In this document: one piece after another, positions 13,601 through 32,900 of the stretch
Layout of the letters: every line of letters begins with the position of its first letter
Position numbering within the stretch: the first letter of the stretch is position 1
Source: Klebsormidium nitens
Taxonomy: Eukaryota; Plantae; Klebsormidiophyceae
NCBI GenBank assembly: GCA_000708835.1
Contig: DF236990.1
Location: 236,173 to 300,172 of the forward strand
Reading direction: 5' to 3'
DNA: 64,000 nucleotides
Program-made: the position numbers and the translations under genes
The notes under the pieces: generated by a model
The model's database searches: none
What the model saw: only the letters and a program-made list of their open reading frames with translations
Told to the model about the DNA's origin: nothing

Positions 13601-16600
13601 GGTGTCCCCAGCTTTTCGTCCTTCCGCCGACGTCACTCTGTCTTTCCAGGCCGTGTTCGGGCTCTTGCTTAAAATCACCGAGCTCCGCGCCTCCAACCCC
13701 CTTCGAACTCGTTTTTTGCTTTCTACACTCTACTCAAATCAACACTCCCTGAGGACATTGTTGGTCAGGAGTAAATGGTGTCCCCAGCTTCTCGTCCTTC
13801 TGCTGACGTCACTCCGTCTTTCCAGGCCGTGTTCGGCTTCTCGCTCGACATCACCGAGCTCCGCGCCTCCAACCCCCTTCGAAGCTCGTTTTCTGCAATC
13901 TACGCTCTACTCAAATCCACACGCACTGAAGAGATCTTGATCAAAGAGTGAATTGTGTCTCCAGCTTCTCGTCGCTCTGCTGACGTCACTCTGTTTTCCC
14001 AGGCCGTGTTCGGCTTCTCACCGAGCTCCGCGCCTCCAACCGCGCGCTCCGCCGCAGCGAGGCCCGCTACAGCTCGTTCTTCGACCTGGCGGGCGTCGGC
14101 ACCCTCACCATCGGCACGTCAGCCGCCCACGTCATCGCTGACGTCAGCAAGGGCGCGTGCGACATGCTGGGCGCCTCTCCCGACGAGCTCGTCGGGGCGC
14201 GCTTCCCCGATCTAGTTGCCGCGGAGGACTGGGCGGCCGTTTCCCCTGAGCTGGACAGCTTTTTGGCGGCCGGCGGGGAGCGGTTCGTGCGGGAGGTGCG
14301 GTGTGTGAAGAAGGACGGGAACGAGCTGTGGGCGCGCATCACGGTGACCCTGGGAGGGGAAGATTTGGAGGGGTGAGTACTTGTCGAGCTGTTTCGAAGA
14401 GTTTGCGCGGTTTCTGGTTTGGTCTTGTCTTGTGATGGTGCGGTCCTTTGTTCAAAACAACTGACTTGCTGGCGGTTGGGACTTGAATGTCTCGCAATGC
14501 ACAACTTCTCTATTTGAGTTACGGTTCGCTCAACATAAGGGCTGCGATCCTGGTTTTGTTGTGTGCGGGTTTTGTGTCAGGAACTCTGTTTGAACCGCGT
14601 GCGTCTACCAGTGCGGTCTGAGAACTGTTTACCTATCGTGTTCTCTCATTTGCCAGGCGATTGACTATGAGGGGTGTCGAGTCCTGTGTCTCAAATGCTC
14701 ATAAGCAAGTCCAAATGCGGCGTGATCGTCGTAGGATTACTACCAATCTGGGCAGTACTCTCGCAAGGAAGGCAAACACTTGAATCAAATGTACCGTTCT
14801 TGAGAGTTTCGTCAAGTAAGGTCGAGGCAGATTTTCATTGCTCAGCGTCAGGGACTCTCATTCTGACACGTCGGCCATTGCAGACCATAGCTCTCTTACC
14901 CAAAGCCGTTGACATAGACCTCTTCCGCTAACTCCGCAGGTACGCAATCGTAATGATGGAAGACATCGGCGAGTCCAAGCGCTATCAGCAGCTCCTACAA
15001 CAGGAAGTAACTCGCTTCCAGGGAATCGTCGAGCACATGTCCGTGGGGGCGACGTTCTGCGAGAAAGGAGACGGGCCGATCCGCGTGTACTGCAATCGCG
15101 CAGTTGAAGAGATGCTGGGTTACTCACGGGAAGAGCTGTCTACGCTGCAAGCTTGGTTGGAGATCATTTGGGGCAAGGAGGAGGCGCCAAAGCACTATGA
15201 GGAGTACGTAGAAGGGCGGAAGAAGGTGAGGCAAAAGTCCGTAGAGCAAACTAGAGAAGCACCTGGGCTTGAAGTCGAATGGATGTGTCCTTCATGAAAC
15301 AATTCCTCCGACCATAAGATCGCATTCCTTGCTAATTGAGCGATTTTCGGTGGTCGCTGGATGAGCAATGCACGTCAAATTACCTCCTCAGGAAGATTCG
15401 ACGGTCAGCTTCTCTCACGTTCCCGGCCTGCCTTTCCGGTAGCCGTGTTTGTGCAAACCTCGAGACTATCCCGTTCGCACAATGCGAGGCTTACAGCTCC
15501 AATTAGTGAATCCTGGAGTATACTGGTACTCTGTACCATTCGACGATTCACAGTGGTCCAGGAGCGTGTGATCATAGGGCAGACAGGAGTGGTGCAAGTT
15601 GGGCGGCCTCTAGTTGTCTGAGTTAAGGGCGACGCTTGTCTTGCTTTAGCACAGGAGACAGACTGGCCCTTACGAGCGCACTAGTCCAGCCGTCAAAGAC
15701 GATAGCTTGCATACTAGGTTTTGGAAGGTTGTAGGGTCTTTGTAGACCTGAAAAGCCCCAGAACTCTGACACTCCCCGTAGAGTTCGAACATAAAAAACA
15801 GATTGCGTCACTATAAGACTTTTATTAATTGATTCCAGGGCACGCTGATGAGCCCGTCTGCGACGCGCCTGCGCACGATCCGCCGGAAGGACGGCGTGGT
15901 CCGCCTCTTCGAGTGCATCGGCTCCTCCTTCCCGGAGGGCGAGGTTTGGATCATCCATGACGTCACCGACCGTCAGGCGGCCGTTGAGAAGCTGGAAGCG
16001 ATCTTTGAGCTTTCCACCGACCCCATATTCGTGTTCATGCGGGGCACGATCCTCGACTGCAACACGGCGGCGGTGAAATGCCTGGGGTGCGAAACGAAGG
16101 AAGAGGTGCTTGGGAACTTCGGCCGGTTCTCGCCGGAGTTTCAGCCGGACGGGGAGCGCTCCAACGACAAGGCGCTGCGCATGTGCGACATCGCGAAGCG
16201 GCAGGGGGGCTGTTCCTTCGAGTGGCAGCACTGTAAACTCGACGGGACGAAGTTCCCGACGCAGATCTTCTTCACGGAGCCCAAAGTGCTCGGGGGGGCG
16301 GAGCACATGATTGCGATCTTTCACGATCCGACGGAGCGGAAGGCTGCGGAGGCGGCGCTCACAGCGGCGAAAGAAGCGGCGGAGGCGGCCAATCACGCCA
16401 AGTCGCAGTTCCTGTCGAATTGCAGTCACGAGATCCGGACGCCGATGAATGGTGTGATCGGGGTTGCAGAGCTGCTCCTTCGGACGGAGCTTTCCCCCGA
16501 GCAGAAGTCGTACGTGGAGACGATTCGCTCGAGCGGCGACTTCCTGCTAAACTTGATCAACGACATCCTAGATCTAGCCAAGATCGAAGCCAAGAACTTG

Positions 16601-19600
16601 CAACTAGAGGAGGTGGAATTCGGACTGTGGGCGGAGGTCCAGCAGAGCCTGGCGCTTGTGGAAATAAGCGCCCGGGAAAGGGGCATAGCCACCCGGTGTC
16701 ATATCGAAGGGGGGGTCCCAGATGCCGTTGTCGGAGACCCTATGCGGTTGCGGCAAATACTGATGAACCTCCTCAGTAACGCAATCAAGTTCACCCACGA
16801 GGGTTCGGTGGAGGTGTTTGTGAGTATGGCGCAAGAACTAAGGGGAGAAGGGAGTTCAGAGGGATCCCCCGACGAGGAGGTTGAGTTGCCGTATTTACAC
16901 CCGGGCATGCCGAGCGTTTTGGTGCAAGTCGAGGTGCGGGACACCGGGGTGGGAATACCCGAAGACGCAAAGGCGCGCATTTTCAAGGCGTTCATGCAGG
17001 CGGACAGCTCGACGTCTCGAAGATACGGTGAGCGGCTCTCAGCTTTAGGAAGAGGGCGAAGAAATGGAATACAAAGAAGACCCTCAGATGTTGACCTTGA
17101 CAAAGGGAATATGCACGGGACATGGTTGTTAGCCAACTAGTCTCTCGTCAGGTGGAGAGATGAATGTTTAGCGAACCGAGTCGAACATAAGTCGGACTAT
17201 TACGAGCCAGAAAAGGCGGGGAACAGCTGGTTCAGAGTAGCTAAGCGATGATGACGCTCCAGTGTACGTATGTTGCAGAGCATAAAAGCGCTGCTTCAGG
17301 AGCGGGAGTGCGTGCAAGGATCAACTTGCCGACCTTTTTTTCAAGTAGAAACGGCCTTGCCAAAGACGGCTCCTTTCCCGTGCGGTTCTTTCCTGAGCAA
17401 ATCTACCAAAATTAATTGAAGACACGCCAAACTTGCACCGGATTTAACGTGGTCGATTCAAAGCTGGACAAGCCTCTCTGTTCGAACCTTCGGAAACCCA
17501 CCGACAGAGAAGTTCCGGGAAGAGCTGAGCGGAATGCATCCGAAAGCGTTCTTATTTGCGTCGCTCGCTCTCGCAGGCGGCACCGGCCTGGGCCTTTCCA
17601 TCTGTCAAACTTTGGCCACCCGCATGGGGGGGCGCATCTGGGTCGATAGCGTTGTTGACCGGGGGTCCTCGTTCTTCTTCACTGTGCGCCTAGGGGTGCC
17701 GCCCGAGCGCTCGCCATCCGACCAGGTAAGGGAGCCGACGGAAAGCGACGAGAGCCAACGGAACGGAATCAGAGCCAACGGAGTTTGATTTGTATCTGTG
17801 AAATAATGGAGCCCAAGATCTCGTGTAGGACAAAGAAGACATAATGCTCTCGAAGGGGTTGTAATTAAGATACAAAAACTGGGCAGGAAGCCACATCAAA
17901 TGTTAGTCAATTTGACAGGTTGGCCACGACAAGGGCACAGTCTTTTTGGCAGGTCACGGCTAACGAGGGGTTTTGGTCAGGCGTCAGAATGGCGGGCAAC
18001 TATGGCGTTGCCTTGTAGATTTCTGAGTCGTTTGCCGCAAGACAGGCAGTCTGCTTCGAGACGTGTACTGTTCGAGCCTCTGAGCGATTACAACGTTTGA
18101 ACCAGATTGCATAGCATCCACCTCTTCAGGTGTGCTTGCTTTCGTACAGCGCGGTTGCTATTCATAAAACCAAACGCCAGACGTTTCCTCCGCTTGTGTC
18201 AATCTACTCTGTTGCTCGCATACTTTAAGCTCACCACTCCCACAACTTGGATATGCCAACCTGACCGAGGTCACCGGCACCTTATGCCGAGACGGGGAAG
18301 CTTGTCGGCAAACTGATCGCTAGGGTCCCAGATCTTTTCTCTCTGAAAACTGAACCCCTAAAATACAAATTCTTGTTCCTGTCAGCTTCGACCGAGGGGA
18401 GGTGCTCGGCCTCAGAAGCGGCGATGGTCCCCCTCCCCACGGTCCCTTCTGGACATCAAAGCGGATGCGCCGATCCTGGAAGCAACCGCAATCGACGAAC
18501 TTAAGGTGTTGGTAGCAGAGGTGAGGGCAGCTTTGGGAAATAAGAGTATCAGCCCTGATTCCGGAATTTTGCGATTCCGGACGGGTAAAGCGACAACCTT
18601 ATTCCGAACATAATAGATTCAGTCGGTAACTTGACACACGTTGTCCGGAATAGCGTTCGAAGCATCCGGAATTGGAGATGGTGAATGTCCCAGCATGCTC
18701 GGTAGACTGCTTTATTAGGTCCGTATTAAGATTTTTGCTTTACCCGTCCGGAATCGCAAAATTCCGGAGTTAGAGCCGATACTCTTATTTTGCTGGGTTT
18801 ATGTTTTAGGGGTCTAGGATTCAAGGGCTTCAGGTTTCTTATTGTGCTAGGGCTTGTTGGGTTGTCTAGGGCTTGTTGGGTTGTCAAGGCTTTGGCTTTT
18901 TGGCTTTTTGGCTTTTTGTGCCCCGGCTGCTCAAGATCAGAGCTTCTGAGTTGGATTAGCGGTTGAAAAGAAAGCCGTGTCCGCGATATCTGCAGCTAAG
19001 TCAAAGTTTGCGGACCTTGCCTCTTTGAAAGAGCGAGAAGCTGCATCGACTTTTTGCAGCTTTCCAGTGTTTGTCATCGACAATAATGCAAGAAAGAGAG
19101 CGCTTAGGGAACCAATCAACGGGTTCACATGTTGTCTTGGCGCAGAGCAACGTAGGATTTCTCGAAAGCGAAGTCGAAAAAGATCAAAGAAGGCACTTAA
19201 TCTGGTTGCTACTCCGCCGCAGGACAATAAGGTGAACCAGCTGGTCGCCTCGAAGATCCTCCAATCGCTAGGGTGCGATTTCGACGTCGTCGAAAACGGG
19301 GAGAAGGCGGTCGAAGCATGCGTCGACGGCCGCTATGACGTCATCTTCATGGACTGCCACATGCCTCACATGGTGAGAATGATTCGGCGAGAGTGACGTC
19401 ACCCCGTATGCCTGCCAAGTGGCGAGTCTGCCGTCATCCGCGGATGATGACACGTAACAAATCTGACAGTATGCACGGCACGCTGCAGGAGCGAGCAGAT
19501 GGTTTTCTTTGGAAACATTGTCTTGTCGGGCGAGAAGTGCCCCACGCACTAAGCATGATGTGATGCCACGAGCGAGGAATTTCCGCCGTTCGCTTTGTGG

Positions 19601-20605
19601 GCAATTGCAGCAGCTGTTGCGGAGGCGTTGTTGCCAAAACGTCTGACCTCCGGGGTTCTGAATTGTTCTATAATGTCACTTCGGGGTCTCGCGCTGTGGA
19701 TTTGTGGATGACGAGGTCCTGAGCGCGGGGTTTGGGAAGAAGCAGACAGAGCAGACGCAGAAGTGGCACTCTTGAATGTTACAAATGAGTACTGTGGTGC
19801 TTGCAACGCTTGAGATAGCGATCCAGTCGTCATCACTCCGTTCCATTCGTCTGCCTTTCATCAAAATATCATCGATGTCAAAGATTACGGACAGAAAAAG
19901 CAACTCACATTAACTTTTTGAATTATTGAGATTCAGAAGAGAACGCATTCTGTCGTCTCGACTTTCCAGGACGGCTACGAAGCCACGCGGAGCATCCGCG
20001 TGGAAGAGCAGAAGCGCGGCCGGCGCCACGTCATCATCGCCCTGACCGCGTCGGCGCTCGAGGACGACGCCCAGAAGTGCCTTGCCTCAGGTGCGCTTAT
20101 AACGCTGGGTTCCAGCGATACCTCAAATGCCTTCGAAACGATAATTCAAGGTTCTTGGCATGTTTGTACTCTCGGCATCTTCCGCTTCTCGCCTTTCCGC
20201 TTTTCCTGGTTGGAGATCCCACTTCCCCAAAATGCATCAAGAACGCAAAGGCTGAATGTCTAGTTATCTGGTCTGGAAATCTACTACAGCTTCGCATCTC
20301 GGATCCACAGGAACGCATAAAAGTTTTAATTGCAGCGAGTGTCATGCCCCTGTAAGTTGTGAGTGTTGATCAGGGTACTGGAATGTGTTTCTTACGTTGG
20401 GGAATGGTACTAGAGTACGTTCGAACCATTGTTTCCGTCGTCTGCATGACGAGGCAGTGAAAGACAGGTTGTTTTCATACTGACAAAGCGCCTTCCAAGT
20501 TGTTCTTAACTATGCATTTCGTTGGCAGGCATGGACTCTTTCCTGTCAAAGCCGGTCCGGCCTCAAGACATCGAGACGGCCCTTCAATCCTTCTTGCGGC
20601 CCTGA
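10603..20605 (+). CDS. Hybrid sensor histidine kinase: ~4 PAS/PAC domains, HisKA, HATPase_c and C-terminal receiver
   Basis: Exons 10603-10698, 11186-11998, 12792-13028, (possibly 13650-13770), 14003-14372, 14940-15225, 15839-17027, 17577-17725, 18386-18520, 19223-19372, 19970-20090, 20529-20605. H-box [19 protein letters not shown]-box [22 protein letters not shown]1 VRDTGVGI, G2 [13 protein letters not shown], receiver LKVLVAEDNKVNQ...[16 protein letters not shown]...GMDSFLSKP. There is a frame problem at 13028/14003 (see findings) and the start is uncertain. Confidence 0.9.
13310..14040 (+). repeat. Tandem array of ~176-191 bp units, each holding an intron 3' end, an AG acceptor and the start of the next kinase exon
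   Basis: Unit gctgacgtcactctgtctttccag|GCCGTGTTCGG...ACCGAGCTCCGCGCCTCCAAC, with exon-start positions at 13459, 13650, 13826 and 14003 and a degenerate partial copy near 13310. Confidence 0.93.
18543..18785. mobile_element. MITE-like fold-back element in a kinase intron
   Basis: Arms of ~75 bp: agagtatcagccctgattccggaattttgcgattccggacgggtaaagc pairs with gctttacccgtccggaatcgcaaaattccggagttagagccgatactct. TA flanks both ends (18541-42, 18786-87). No ORF. Confidence 0.72.
18805..18915. repeat. Low-complexity tract: degenerate TTTTAGGG-like sequence, a 21-bp unit x2 and (GGCTTTTT)x3
   Basis: ttttaggggtctagg; ctagggcttgttgggttgt twice; ggctttttggctttttggcttttt. Confidence 0.65.
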
Positions 20606-21876
20606 TTTGGTTGCGAGCTTTGAACTTCTTACACTTTGCCATAGATTGACTTATACGCCGGGCCGGGCCTAAGATGCCAAGCGGGCATCCCTAGGACAAA
20701 CCTGGCTTTTGCCTCTTGCATCGTCAAAGCAACCCATAGAGTAGGCACTTAAATGCGCCAATCTGTCTTGGCGGAGTCACTGTGTGTTGGCTTAAAAGCC
20801 ACTTTTGCTCTAAACGTCGAGTCCCATGATGCATTCGAGCTAGTGTAGTATGTTACAATTCAATCAGGTAGAGGACGAGATCAGTCGAGGCTCGTCTGCA
20901 ACCAGAAACAGGATTTTGTACACATCCGAACTTGTACAGATTGTTTTACGTACTAATCCTATACTGCATCAACTGTGAGTCCTCGATCATCATTTGCGCA
21001 GCGGATGTGAAAAGCATATGCTCCTACACAGCTGCACGCCGGCCGGCCGCCCCCTCATGCAACTTATAAGCTTTTGTACGGTTGACTAACTCACCAGCCA
21101 CGTACGGTCGCGCATCATGTGTAAGGTTCATGAGCCTGTTGCTTCGACCGAATCGATCCAGCCCAGGCCCGCCAGTCAATCTATAAATCAATATTTGAAA
21201 AGGGTACGTAGATATATCTGGTTCAATATATATAGTATACCGGCATTGCAGCATCGAATGGCATATGCATGCACTGATCGAGTCGCTCCGAATGCACATA
21301 CGTCAGTCACTGCGTTCAAGTAATATTATAGATTGGAGGTCTTCAGCGGCGGGCATGATCGACAACTTGAGCCCGACCGTACGCGGTTCAGGGGCCTATT
21401 ATAACCTTCTGGAGTCATCCAGATCTTGCAACAATGCAGACATCACATCTCAGGCTGGCAAACAAAGATTGGTGCAGAAATAGCAACGCTACTTTCAAAA
21501 CTGAAGTTTGTGCTACAACCGCGAGTCCAACTTATCATTCGATCAGCATGCCCGGATGTCAGCTCGATATATCAGCGTCTAGGTTGTCTTTTGCCCAGCA
21601 ATACACTGAGGTTGCACAAAGTTTAGAGTCTAGGTCAGCTGCATGAGTGAGATTAAATGGTCAATCCAACTATTGTCGTACTATGTTAGTAAGCCTATCG
21701 TAAGACCTCAATCGTCTCCTTTGACTGATCTGGGCATCCTTTCGGTCCCCAAAAACTTAACCTCCCTAGGAGTCTATGTCTATGATCTTTGATCATGACG
21801 GTATGCTTGCTGTGTGCTGTTGCAATATGCTGTCAAGCTACCGTGCAAGAAAGGAGGCTGTATTCACGTCGCTATA

Positions 21877-28792
<6,916 letters not shown>

Positions 28793-29130
28793 CTCGCTCG
28801 GCAGATGATCTCGTGTGGTCAATGGCCGCCGTGATTGGATAAGTCATGACGCTGATCCATGCAAGGGGATCAGTCACTTTCGCTCCCGCTGATCACTTTT
28901 CTGTTTGAAAGTGCCCTGCTTCGATGCTAACTCAAAAGCGTGCCAGTGCTCTGATCGTCTTCTTGAACCAGGAACGCGCCGATGAGCGGGGACTATCCGA
29001 GTCAGCATCGCCATTGTTGCTTCCTGGAGAGCAGGAGCGCTTTTCGACCCTTCCAGGTGACAAGGACGGTCGTCTTGGTCGCCCTTCTTCTCAGATCTCG
29101 CAGGCGGCATAATGCAATGCCAACTAGATA

Positions 29131-29311
29131 ACTCTCGTGTGACCTAAGAGCCGTGTGACCTAAGATAGGCACCCGGGGGACGGGTGGGGTTGGTATGGTG
29201 GTTAGGGTGGGTTGGGGTGCGGAGCGGGTGATTATCTGTGTTAGGTTTTTAGTTTGAAGTGCCCGGGTAACTCGTATCTTAGGTCACACGCCCGTTAGGT
29301 CACACGAGAGT
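29131..29311. mobile_element. MITE-like element, 181 bp, TA-flanked
   Basis: TIR actctcgtgtgacctaa...ttaggtcacacgagagt. Each arm has cgtgtgacctaa twice. TA at 29129-30 and 29312-13. Confidence 0.78.
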
Positions 29312-29478
29312 TACACGTATAACTAGAGCGAGACAGTCTGATTCAACAATGAGACATATGAACGTGCATTCACAGCTCCTGAATTATAACTTATGTACAC
29401 TCTGAACCGTCCAAAGATGTAAAAGTTCTGACAGTGAGGTTTCTGGACGGCCGATCTGTTTCGATTTATGGTCACGTA

Positions 29479-29755
29479 CCGTAGTGGCACGACCCTCTCA
29501 CACCAAAACTAAATATTTTGGGCTTGTGTGGGAAAAAAAATAATTTCTGAACAGGCCTGTGTGAAATTGCGAAAGAAGGTAAAGCTGGTTAGTGTCGCGG
29601 TTACATACTTTCTGACTGCTTTATTTGGCTAACTGCCTAGGGTTTTCCCTTTGGTGTGAAATTTTGAAATTGGGCGATGGGCTGGTGTGAAAAAGTAGAA
29701 GCGAAAAAAATAACTGTTCGCAGCGACGAGGTGTGAAAGGGTCGTGCCACTACGG
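29479..29755. mobile_element. MITE-like element, 277 bp, TA-flanked (Tc1/mariner-pogo-like ends), ending 210 bp upstream of the PEX5 ATG
   Basis: ccgtagtggcacgaccctctcacacc (29479-29504) and ggtgtgaaagggtcgtgccactacgg (29730-29755) are inverted with 1 mismatch in 26. TA at 29477-78 and 29756-57. Confidence 0.82.
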
Positions 29756-29964
29756 TACTTACTAAACGCAAACCGTTGAAGTGACAGCAAATCATGCAAT
29801 GTCTTAGGCTCTGTACAGTGTAAGCGCTCAACCTAGTTTCTTTAGCTGACTCCTGCATCATGGTTCCAACTGTTCAGGGTGAACACGGCTCAGGGGGGAG
29901 GACGACAAGGAGTTCCTTTGCTGTGAGCAACGGAAGCTGCTGGTTGAGCTGAGCCGTGGTCATC

Positions 29965-32900
29965 ATGTCGTTGAGGGACCTTGTGATGGGGGGCGCCGGG
30001 TGCTCAGCTCCCGGCGTCGGCCCTTCCACAGCAAACCCGATGGCGGGGTTGGCGGACTCGCTGATTGGAGGGGCAGCCAAGCAGCAGGTATGCGAGCAGC
30101 TATGATGGTTATGTTCCAGCAACTGTAAGAAGTATTTGAGTTTTCTTGGAAGGGCGTATCTTGTGCGCATATCATCAAAGATATGTCTGCTTTGTATGTA
30201 GAAACTTTGGAGTTCGTCTCTGAAAAGCTGCGAGGAGGTGTGCAGTCATGTGCGCTATCTTTTCAGCTTAATAAACACACTCTGCTGACTCTTTTGTGGG
30301 GCTTACTGATTCTTGGCAATATGATAGATACCTCACTTGTTGATGCATCATATTGTCCAGAAAAACTCAAAAGGTGAACCCTAATGTCATGATGGCGAGT
30401 TTGCGCTCGTAGTTGTCTCAACCAGCTAAAAGGCTGCACTTCCATCTTCTCAATTCTGAACTGGTTATGCGTTCTGCTTTTCGCACCATCCTCACTCCCC
30501 TTGCTCCATCTGCCAATTTCTGACCACCTTCCTTCTTGAACTCAAACCCCTTCGATGCACTCTATCTAACACCAGTTTGAATCTTTTCATCTTCTTTACA
30601 GGAGCGCCTGCGCGAGCTGCCTGGTCTCGCTGGCCCCGAAGTTGGCCCCTCCTCTCAAGACTTCGGCCGCTCCCGTCTGCAACCCCCCCTCCCCGGCTTT
30701 GAGCTAGACCACGGGATTGTAGGGCCGTCCGGGCCCCGCGGTCAGGAGTTTCTGCAAGGGTTTAACTCGCACAACCAAGGGTTTAGCGATGCTTGGGACG
30801 AGGCGCTTCGGCCGGGGTTCCCGCACGGGCCTCCGATGGGGCCGGAGGCCGCGCACTTCGAGGACTTTGAGCGGATCTATTCGCAGCAGGGGCCGATGCT
30901 GGCGGGACCGATGCCGGAAGGTGAGCGAAGAATGTCGATAAGACCTTTGAAAAACCCTTGCGAAGTCACGCTGGTTCACTATCGCTGTAGCTGAAAAGGC
31001 GTGGCTTCATATGAGTTGGGTGCGTAAGGGAGGGGCTGGTAGTGGATCGCGATTTGAACGCTGATGGCTGTTGGCATTTTCTCTGAATAGCTAGTGGTGG
31101 TGCGGCAAGCCAGGTCATTTCATGTGTAGTTTGCTTATGAGGCCTCAATCTGGTGTCTTCTTCTGTCTATGCATCCCATGGAGAATGTCAGTCATACTCA
31201 GGCATATCACGATGGCACAATAGTAGAACAGGATGGGCCCAAAGGTTTGGGCCTAAAGATCTGTCATCTCGAAGGAATTCATCCTAGTATAGATCTTCAG
31301 AGTGTTTGAACTGTGTGATACCCCCTAAGGCCCCCTCTATGTTTTCGAAACGTTCAGGCCCAGAGCTCGAAGAACGCACTTACAAACCTGCTTCTCTGAA
31401 GCTCACCTGCCCCCCACTTTTGAGCAGATTACATACCATGGGGTTCTGTCACTTTCAGAAGAACATTGTCGGACTTGATAGTCTCGACACTCCCCGGCAG
31501 CTTCGTGCTAAGCCGCTCTTCACCAAGTGGTCATTGATCTCGTCTGACTCATCTCTGGACAGTTTGCATATGCTGGTGTCAAGATCCTCACAGCGCCCCT
31601 ACCCTTCCTCAAAAAACCCTTTCTCCTTTTCCCAGGCGCTCCTCAACAAGTCCTCGCCGGCTTCCTCCACTCGTTTCTGGACAGCTCTCGCACAGCCGCT
31701 CCGTTCCCCGCTGTCAAGCTGCCAGAGCTCGGGCTTTCACAAATGGACAAGGAGAGGATTCGCAACCGGAGTAGCATTATGGCGCGGCACATTTTTGCGG
31801 ACAAGGGCCCAATGTTTGTGGAGAACCAGGTGAGGCCAAAGGATGATCAGTCAATGAGGTTTGTGAGCAGTGGTCGGTGCGTTCAAATCCCCTCGATCCA
31901 AAGTTGAGAGTTACAATTTTAAGCAAATTTTACTAAAGCAACAAAATCCTGAACGTTGATGCTGAAGGCAAGTGCCAAAGGTTTCTCATCTTTCCTCGAA
32001 GTCCGACTTGTTGAGTTTCTTCTCTCATTCGATGAGGGCGAGCAAGAAGTTTAATCTTGTGTTTTCAAGTCCTAGAGTCAACAGGTTTGGATAAGGTTTT
32101 GCTTCCTTCCAATTCGCTGACTGAAGACTTTTTTTTTGGCAGGTCAATGCGCTGCTTCAGTCCCTCGAGATTGACCGCAACCCGGAGCTCGAGCACCGAA
32201 TGCACGGCCCGATGGGGGGCGCGTTCCGCGAGTTTGAGGACTACTGGGCGGAAGGGGCGCCCCCGGTGAATGGCCCCGGTCACCCCGACCAGTGGGCGGC
32301 GGAGTTTCAGAACAAGCTGAGGCTGCAGAACGGGAATCACTGGGGGGAGGAGTATGCCCGGGAGAACAGCAGCGGGGGCACGTGGGGTGACGAGTTTGCA
32401 CAGGTGAGGGGGCTGCAAATCTATTTCTGGTAATCAAGGAAGATCGCAGAGAATTTCATATGTAGTTTAGCCTTCTCAGAGGCCTTTTTCAAATGGCTTC
32501 CGTCTGGACGTCAGAATGGATCAGGCAAACGAGGGGATGATGAAGACGGTTGAGAAAGACAACGACGGGGTTGAATGCCAGTGGGAGTGGCTTACGTTTT
32601 AAGGGACAGACTCAGATGCAGAGACCACGATTGTACTTATGGAATTCTGTAGCGAGTTGACTTTCTCTAAGGCATTTTTCCATGAGCGACACGAAGACGA
32701 GAACACGAAGTGAAAAGGTGACAAAAGAAAGTCAGCTTCTGGAGAAGCCTCAAAATTAACGGCCATGCACTGCTTATCATCGGGATCCTCAAACAGAACT
32801 TTGCATGCTGAAATCCTGAGATCTGCTTAAAGTCCTGGCTGCCACGTTTCCAGGAGCAAGGTGACCAATGGGCAGAGGAGATGGCGGCACAGGAGCGCCA

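Noticed and set aside
13201-13940. ORFs of 183 and 113 aa
   Set aside because: They are read-through of the intronic tandem array, not independent genes; only 13650-13770 is considered as a possible exon.
28874-29110. 78-aa minus-strand ORF upstream of BAM
   Set aside because: No motif and no supported splice link; it could be a uORF only if the TSS lies upstream, which is unknown.
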